Shown piece by piece: positions 24,466 to 30,187 of a stretch of DNA of 30,187 nucleotides. Origin of the DNA: Chloroflexota bacterium (GTDB lineage: Bacteria; Chloroflexota; Chloroflexia; Thermomicrobiales; UBA6265); NCBI GenBank assembly GCA_023392645.1, contig JAEVYR010000305.1, forward strand, positions 1 to 30,187. Direction: 5' to 3'. Each line of letters starts with the position of its first letter. Within the stretch, counting starts at the first letter, position 1. The notes under the pieces were generated by a model. That model saw only the letters and a program-made list of their open reading frames with translations. It did no database searches and was not told the origin of the DNA. The translations under genes were made by a program, and so were the position numbers.

Positions 24466-25641
24466 CTACACCTTCGCCGCCTGGACCGCGTCGGCGACGC
24501 GGCCGAGGGCCTTTTGGAGATTCGCTTCCGAGTTCGCGTACGACAGCCGCAGGTAGCCCTCGCCGGCCGCGCCGAAGCTCGTGCCCGCCAGTGCCGCGAC
24601 GCCGTGCTCCTCGAGCAACAGGTCGGCGAACTCCCGGCTCGTCCGGCCCGTGCCGGTGATGTTCGGGAAGGCGTAGAACGCGCCCTTCGGCAGGTTGCAG
24701 GTGATCCCGTCAATCGCGTTCAGCCCGTCGACGATCAGGTCGCGTCGCTTCCGGAACGCCTCGCGGAACTCGGCGACGGCATCCTGCGGCCCGGTCAGCG
24801 CCTCCAGCCCGGCACGCTGCACCGCCATCGAGGTACACGAGACACTGTTGACCATGAGTTTCGAGATCGGCCCGACCAGGTCGTGCGGGAACAGCCCGTA
24901 CCCAAGCCTCCAGCCCGTCATCGCGTACGTCTTCGAGAAGCCATCGAGGATGATCGTGCGCTCGGCCATGCCGGGCATCGTCGCGATCGAGATGTGCTCG
25001 CCCTCGTAGATCAGCTCGCTATAGATCTCGTCGGAGAGCACCGTCACGTCATGCTTCACGGCCAACTCGGCAATTGTCTCCAGGTCTGACCGCTCCAGCA
25101 CGCCACCGGTTGGGTTGGCGGGGCTGTTGATGATCAGCAGCTTCGTCCGGTCGTTCATCAGCGAAGCGAGCTCGTCGAGGTCGATGCGGAACCCGCTCTC
25201 CTCGCGCAGCGGGATCGGCACCGCCGTCGCGCCGCTGTAATCGATCATCGACTGGTAGATCGGGAAACCGGGATCGGGGAAGATCGCCTCGTCGCCCGCT
25301 TCCAACAGGGCCAGCATCACGAAGAACATCACCGGCTTGCCGCCCGGCGTGACGACCACCTGATCGGCGTCGAAGGCGGTGCCGCGCGAGCCATTGACGT
25401 AGCTCGCGATCGCCTCGCGCAGCTCGGGAATGCCCGCGGCGGGACCGTAGTGCGTCCAGCCGTCCCGCAGCGCCGTGGCGCCGGCCTCGATGATGTTCGC
25501 CGGCGTGTCGAAATCGGGCTCGCCCACCTCGAGATGGACGACGTCGCGCCCCTTCGCCTCCAGCGCTCTCGCCCGCACCAGGACCTCGAATGCCGTTTCG
25601 GTTCCGAGCCGGTTCATCCGGCTCGCCAGCTTCGTGCTCAC
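24466..25641 (-). CDS. PLP-dependent class I/II (aspartate-type) aminotransferase
   Basis: GEPDFDTP, YGPAAGIPELR, NSPANPTG, SDEIY, GFSKTYAMTGWRLG, GAFYAFP; GAGGAG RBS before GTG 25641. Confidence 0.95.
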   Translation of the reverse strand: MSTKLASRMNRLGTETAFEVLVRARALEAKGRDVVHLEVGEPDFDTPANIIEAGATALRDGWTHYGPAAGIPELREAIASYVNGSRGTAFDADQVVVTPGGKPVMFFVMLALLEAGDEAIFPDPGFPIYQSMIDYSGATAVPIPLREESGFRIDLDELASLMNDRTKLLIINSPANPTGGVLERSDLETIAELAVKHDVTVLSDEIYSELIYEGEHISIATMPGMAERTIILDGFSKTYAMTGWRLGYGLFPHDLVGPISKLMVNSVSCTSMAVQRAGLEALTGPQDAVAEFREAFRKRRDLIVDGLNAIDGITCNLPKGAFYAFPNITGTGRTSREFADLLLEEHGVAALAGTSFGAAGEGYLRLSYANSEANLQKALGRVADAVQAAKV

Positions 25642-25772
25642 GCCGTGCTCCTCGCTTCGCCCGGCCGTCCCTGACGGCCCCGATGTCGTCGGCTCCAGTG
25701 TCGCATGCCGGCGAGGTGCGCGGGTCTCCCGCCGAGCGCGCTCCGGCATCCCGACGGCATGCCCTCACGAAC

Positions 25773-25791
25773 ATTGTTTTCTGGATACAAT
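25773..25791. promoter_or_regulatory. Putative GntR operator overlapping a -10 (TACAAT)
   Basis: ATTGT-N9-ACAAT inverted repeat in an AT-rich patch between the divergent aminotransferase and gntR. Confidence 0.45.
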
Positions 25792-25843
25792 ATGAGGATG
25801 GGTAACCCGTCTGTCGAGCCATCTGCCGCGTCCAGGATTCGCA

Positions 25844-26563
25844 ATGCAAGACTCCAAGCACTCCCCACCGCCCGTGATCAGGCGCCGCAACCTCGGCGAT
25901 GACGTCTACCAGATTCTCTGGTCGCGCATTGTCTCCCGCGATCTCCACCCCGGCGAAAAACTCTCGGATCTCCGGCTGAGTAGCGAGCTCGGCGTCTCCC
26001 GCACGCCCGTGCGCGAGGCACTGCACCGCCTGCTGCAGGACGGCGTGATCCGTGCCGAGCCGAACCGTGGCTTCTTCGTGACCTCGTTCAGCGCCCGGGA
26101 TATCGAGGAAATCTTCGAGATTCGCGCCGCGCTGGAGGCGCTCGCGTTGCGGGCCTATCTCGCCCGCAACCCCGACGACGACTTCGCCGCCATGCTGCGC
26201 GAGCTGGACGACGTCGAGCGCGCCATCGCCGCGGCGGGCACCGACGAGGAAATCCGCGCCGGCAACGAGCGCTTCCTGGCGGCCGACCAGGGGTTTCACC
26301 GCACGATTGTCGAACAGGCTGGCAACGAGCGCCTGCTGGCGATGATCAACGGCATCTGGGCACAGATCGCGGTCTTCCAGAAAGCCGGATCTCATGTGCC
26401 CGGGTACACCGAGGTCGCCGTTCGCCAGCACCGCGAGATCATCGGCCTGCTCCGAGAGCGGAAGCACGACGAGGCGATCGAGGCGCTGCAGGCGCACATC
26501 CGCGACATGAAGACGCGCATCATCGTTGACCTCGCCGAGCACAATGGGGAACCCGGCGAGTGA
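25844..26563 (+). CDS. GntR family regulator (FadR/FCD subtype)
   Basis: LHPGEKL, ELGVSRTPVREAL, EIFEIRAALE, DQGFH, EH-like QHREII. Confidence 0.95.
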   Translation: MQDSKHSPPPVIRRRNLGDDVYQILWSRIVSRDLHPGEKLSDLRLSSELGVSRTPVREALHRLLQDGVIRAEPNRGFFVTSFSARDIEEIFEIRAALEALALRAYLARNPDDDFAAMLRELDDVERAIAAAGTDEEIRAGNERFLAADQGFHRTIVEQAGNERLLAMINGIWAQIAVFQKAGSHVPGYTEVAVRQHREIIGLLRERKHDEAIEALQAHIRDMKTRIIVDLAEHNGEPGE

Positions 26564-26651
26564 TGCTGCCCACAGCCTCCCCCCGGCGAGGCGCAATGCC
26601 TCCCAGTGACCAGGCTCAGCGCCAACCCGATCGCCGTCTCGGGGTGATGCG

Positions 26652-27269
26652 ATGACCGAGCCACACGAGCTGCCCTGGAACCCGCTGACGCCGGCCGAAG
26701 CCGCCGCGCTGTTCGCCTCGTGGGACCGCTTCTGGTGTATCGCCGGCGGCTGGTCGATCGATCTCCATGCCGGAACGCGATCGCGCGAGCATGAGGACGT
26801 CGACGTGCTCGTGCTGCGACGCGATCTCGACGCGCTGCACGCGCAGTTGTCGGGCTGGGAGCTGTGGGTCGCCTGGTTCTGGGAGGAGCGGCTGCATCCA
26901 TGGCTCAACGGGGAGTCGATCCCCGACAGGGCGCACGACATCTGGTGCCGCGAGACCGGCGCCGACCGCTGGCGCTTCCAGCTCATGGTGATGGATCACA
27001 ACGAGGACCACTGGACCTTCCGGCGGGATTGGTCCATCGGCGGGCCGCTGGAGTCACTCGCGCACGACGTCGATGGCGTGCCGGTCATCGCGCCGGAGAT
27101 CCAGCTGCTCTACAAGGGCAACGGCACCCGCCGCCCGAAAGACGAGGCCGACTTCCTGACGGCGCTGCCGCATCTGTCGCCGAAACAGCGTGGCTGGCTT
27201 CGCGAGGCGCTCGCCTCCCGCGAGCCCGACCACCCGTGGGTGGCGGCGCTGGACCCGCCTACCACGTAG
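26652..27269 (+). CDS. Nucleotidyltransferase, ANT(2'')/LnuA-like superfamily
   Basis: WCIAGGWSIDL...REHEDVDV (Pol-beta GG + DxD), APEIQLLYK, RPKDEADF. Confidence 0.85.
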   Translation: MTEPHELPWNPLTPAEAAALFASWDRFWCIAGGWSIDLHAGTRSREHEDVDVLVLRRDLDALHAQLSGWELWVAWFWEERLHPWLNGESIPDRAHDIWCRETGADRWRFQLMVMDHNEDHWTFRRDWSIGGPLESLAHDVDGVPVIAPEIQLLYKGNGTRRPKDEADFLTALPHLSPKQRGWLREALASREPDHPWVAALDPPTT

Positions 27270-27345
27270 TGCCGGCCCTGTGCCGGCCGTTCGTAGCGCC
27301 TGACCCGTGACGGCACATCTGCCACTCCCCGACGCCAATCTGCCC

Positions 27346-27464
27346 GTCATCCTGAGCGTCGCCCCGATGGTGCGAAGTCGAAGGAGTTCTTGCCATGCGG
27401 GTCGCTTCCCTCGAGTGCGAAAGATCCTTCGACTCCGGTGCTTCGCACCTCCGCTCAGGATGAC
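27346..27464. repeat. REP-like palindromic element (same family as 21464)
   Basis: GTCATCCTGAGCG ... CGCTCAGGATGAC 13-bp terminal IR; inner GTCGAAGGA/TCCTTCGAC and GGTGCGAAG/CTTCGCACC. Confidence 0.8.
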
Positions 27465-27582
27465 AGACTCGGTAGGATCGCGCCGAGAACGCGGTCGCCA
27501 GGACGTCGGCCCGTCGGCGCTACCGATGACTCCCCTCCTGCTGCTGACGGGATGACGCCAAGCCCTGTCAGACCGGTTCGCG

Positions 27583-27969
27583 TCAGGCTCCTCTTCGATC
27601 GCCAACGACGAGGCAAAGCGAAGCCACGGCTGCCACCAGGGGAAACGAAAACACCCAAGGGACCCAAACCTGGATCAGTTGCTGTCCCGGCACCACCACG
27701 GTCCACACCAGCACCGCGGCGGTCAGCAGCAGCGCCCATCCTCTTCCTCCCACTCCCCAGCGCAAGGCCACGGCACTCCCGAGCTGCAGGCAGGTGATCA
27801 GGAAGACGAATCCACCGATGCTGAAACCGGCCGCCAGGCTGAACAGGAGGGAGAGCAACGCCGCGAGCCAGAGCATCATCCACGATGGCGATGCGAGTGA
27901 CATTGCGGAAAGCAGCAGCGAGATGGCGCCCACCGCCCACAATCCAAACGCCACCAGCTCGACGCTCAC
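27583..27969 (-). CDS. Small 4-TM membrane protein (candidate immunity/accessory protein)
   Basis: GTG 27969 after a purine-rich stretch; almost wholly hydrophobic 128 aa containing AGFSIGG. Confidence 0.7.
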   Translation of the reverse strand: MSVELVAFGLWAVGAISLLLSAMSLASPSWMMLWLAALLSLLFSLAAGFSIGGFVFLITCLQLGSAVALRWGVGGRGWALLLTAAVLVWTVVVPGQQLIQVWVPWVFSFPLVAAVASLCLVVGDRRGA

Positions 27970-28040
27970 CCTTCTTTTCTCCCTTGGCTGACAGTGAGTG
28001 CCGTCACAGCAGCAACTTTCACTGCGAGGTTCAGCCTCCT

Positions 28041-28646
28041 TTACCAGTAAACGCCTGGCTCGGAGATATAGTACGGGCCGCTCAGCATCGACGTACAACC
28101 ACCGTAGACGTACGTCGAATTGATCCAACCGCTCATGCCGTAGGGAGTTGCGTATGCGGTATTGCCGAAGTAGTACGCGGATGTGCTGTTTCCAGCGCAG
28201 AAGGTGTCGTTCTGGAAGGCTGCATTGACGACATTTTGCGCCCGGGTTGAATTCGCATCGCATGAAAAGCCGTACGCCGCCGAAAGCTCGTACCAGCCAC
28301 TGGTACTCAGATAATAGCGTCGGTTGCGACAATCCGCAGAGGTAACCGCACCGCCGGAGGTATAAGCTCTCACGGCACTCGTCACCTTGTTGACGTCAAG
28401 TTGTATCGGATCTTCCCAGTACGTGGAGAACTTGGCTTGCTGTGTGCTCTGTACTTGAGCCCCGGCTTGGTTGGCGGCTGGTGCGTCAACCGAAGTCTCG
28501 TCGTCAACGATGACACCGTCTCCATCCACAGGGTCAAGATGATCAATAGACTGACCCGGAGATAGAAGCTCTGATCGTTCACTCTCCCAAATTGGTATAT
28601 CGCGGGCCCGTCGGCAGGATTTCTGTGACCGCCGGCACCGCCTCAA
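28041..28646 (-). CDS. Exported-type beta-rich, Cys-containing hypothetical protein; N-terminus apparently disrupted
   Basis: C-terminal ~130 aa is rich in S/T/Y/N/G with 4 Cys (STYWEDPIQLDVNKV...C...SGWYE...C...FC...GGC) and is AT-richer. No in-frame signal peptide or good start. Confidence 0.6.
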   Translation of the reverse strand: MRRCRRSQKSCRRARDIPIWESERSELLSPGQSIDHLDPVDGDGVIVDDETSVDAPAANQAGAQVQSTQQAKFSTYWEDPIQLDVNKVTSAVRAYTSGGAVTSADCRNRRYYLSTSGWYELSAAYGFSCDANSTRAQNVVNAAFQNDTFCAGNSTSAYYFGNTAYATPYGMSGWINSTYVYGGCTSMLSGPYYISEPGVYW

Positions 28647-28792
28647 CTACACCTTGACGGCGAATACGATTCTTCACCCCTGCGTGGGGGATTGGTGGCG
28701 ACCGCCCCACGCTTGCATGCCCCTCCTTCCAAAGATCGGCTCACGACTGATACGATCCATCGGTCGGAACGAAATTGGTCAGTTCGTACCGT

Positions 28793-28880
28793 CAGTGTGG
28801 CAAGCAAGCGGCGTGAAATGCCATTCCCCGAAGGGTGAAAATCCATCAACCCTGGCGGGAATCCGGCTAAACCCTGGGAT
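28793..28880 (-). promoter_or_regulatory. Putative LuxR-activated promoter with ~21-22-bp-phased boxes
   Basis: AACCCTGG at 28848 and 28870 (22 bp apart), related CCAT..CCC..GG..GAA(A)AT units at 28821 and 28843; minus-strand CACACT -10 at ~28794-28799. Confidence 0.45.
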
Positions 28881-28892
28881 TTCAGCGGTGGG

Positions 28893-29768
28893 TCACGCGG
28901 AGTTGTGAGGCTCATCGACGTCGGCCATGTCCGGCAACAGGCCATGCCGCCGTGCCGCCGAAACCACCTTGTGTCGGCCCGATGTGCCGAGCTTGTCACC
29001 CAGGTGGCGAACATGGGCCTTGATCGTTTCGGGGCTCAGGTGGAGATGCTTGGCGATCTGCCGATAGGTCAGGTCGTCACGCGCGATGAGTTGCAGCACT
29101 TGCCATTCCCGTTCGGTGATCCCGGGCTGGAATCGTGGCAACACATTTCTGTAGCGCGGCCACCGCTCTCCGTCCCAGCGATCGTATTGCTCGATGGAAC
29201 GCACCAGTCCACCGGCCACGCAGGCGGCAGCGAGAATGAGCAAAGACCACCCGGACATCTCGCTCCGGGTGGTGGAGGCATCCTGAGTTCCGTGATACAA
29301 CGCCGCCAGCACGCTCCACCCCCACAGGGCTACCATGGCGAGGAGAGTGGCGGCAAGAAGCCCGGTACGACCAAATCGGATCGCGGTGGTGAGCACCAAC
29401 AGCACCAGAAGTCCCGGCGCCCACCTGGCCAACTCGGGGCTGAACAGCGCCATGCTGCCCACGGCAATCGCCCAGTCCAGCACCGTCGCACCCCAGCCAA
29501 CCGCGCGCAGCCGAGATGGATCGGGCGTACCTGTCAGTTGCGTCGTCATCCACCCATTCGCCAGGCCCACGAAGACGACTAACGCCAAAACCGACGGCAC
29601 AGGAACGGTCGGGAACAGCGGGACGATGAGCAGCGTGATCGGAATCGTGCCCCAGCGGATCCACGTCAACGCGCGTTCGAACACCCATTGAGGCATCAGC
29701 GCCCGTTGCTCGCGGAACGGCGATGCCGGCCACACGTCGGCGGCCACCACGGATTCCGGCTCCCCCAT
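28893..29768 (-). CDS. Membrane-anchored LuxR-family regulator (multi-TM sensor + LuxR HTH)
   Basis: GGAGGTG RBS, ATG 29768; ~5-6 hydrophobic segments, then GITEREWQVLQLIARDDLTYRQIAKHLHLSPETIKAHVRHLGDKLG. Confidence 0.88.
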   Translation of the reverse strand: MGEPESVVAADVWPASPFREQRALMPQWVFERALTWIRWGTIPITLLIVPLFPTVPVPSVLALVVFVGLANGWMTTQLTGTPDPSRLRAVGWGATVLDWAIAVGSMALFSPELARWAPGLLVLLVLTTAIRFGRTGLLAATLLAMVALWGWSVLAALYHGTQDASTTRSEMSGWSLLILAAACVAGGLVRSIEQYDRWDGERWPRYRNVLPRFQPGITEREWQVLQLIARDDLTYRQIAKHLHLSPETIKAHVRHLGDKLGTSGRHKVVSAARRHGLLPDMADVDEPHNSA

Positions 29769-30029
29769 CGTTTCACCTCCAGTGACGTCGATGCCCACAT
29801 CACCCGCGAGACGGAGACTGGCTGCTATGCGGCTGGGTTCTCTATCTCCACCATAGCATGGCGCGATTTCGGATCCCGTTGTCGTTGCCCGATCATGGGT
29901 GCCGATGAACGATGCGCGAACCCGGCGAGTGGCATTCCAGCATAGCCCGCCAGACAACGCGCCAGCCCCGGATCTTGCGATGCCGGGGCTGCGACGGACG
30001 GTTCGGGTTGCTCGCATATCGAGCGGGGT

Positions 30030-30187
30030 CTACCCCGCGCGGATAGCGTCGATGATCTCCCGGAACAGGGCGAGGTCGGCGACGAAGTCCTCCGGCGGCG
30101 TCTTTGGCGTCGCCTGGCCGGTCGCGACCTCATGGAACACCTCCAGCTCGTGCATGTACGGATCCGTGAAGGTCGGGCGGCGCACCG
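30030..30187 (-). CDS. C-terminal end of a probable Gfo/Idh/MocA oxidoreductase (5' end outside window)
   Basis: Manual translation VRRPTFTDPYMHELEVFHEVATGQATPKTPPEDFVADLALFREIIDAIRAG*. Confidence 0.6.
   Translation of the reverse strand, partial: VRRPTFTDPYMHELEVFHEVATGQATPKTPPEDFVADLALFREIIDAIRAG

Overview
This is a high-GC bacterial chromosome segment. Gene content and the style of the palindromic repeats suggest Chloroflexota/Thermomicrobiales (inference). The housekeeping and metabolic backbone comprises an MFS transporter, typA/bipA, a GyrI-like protein, proS, a PduO-type cobalamin adenosyltransferase, a Gfo/Idh/MocA oxidoreductase, a DSD1/D-threonine-aldolase-like PLP enzyme, a GNAT, gltB (no adjacent gltD) divergent from a degenerate glutamine-synthetase-like gene plus a PucR regulator, a class I aminotransferase with a GntR regulator, and a nucleotidyltransferase. 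Several small accessory islets are inserted in this backbone. The most striking is an AT-richer islet at ~14340-15010. It holds a stand-alone BECR-fold-like (phage MuF C-terminal toxin-like) ORF facing a convergent ~90-nt, strand-specific, pseudoknotted RNA structure that starts just after a TATAAT element and overlaps the ORF's stop codon. This is a candidate RNA-antitoxin (type III-like) toxin-antitoxin system. Also present are two eroded vapBC relics flanking a STAND-LuxR cassette, an intact UPF0175/DUF3368 TA pair, a module of membrane-anchored LuxR plus Cys-containing exported-type protein plus small membrane protein, and two related REP-like palindromes. All family calls come from motif recognition by eye; no searches were run.
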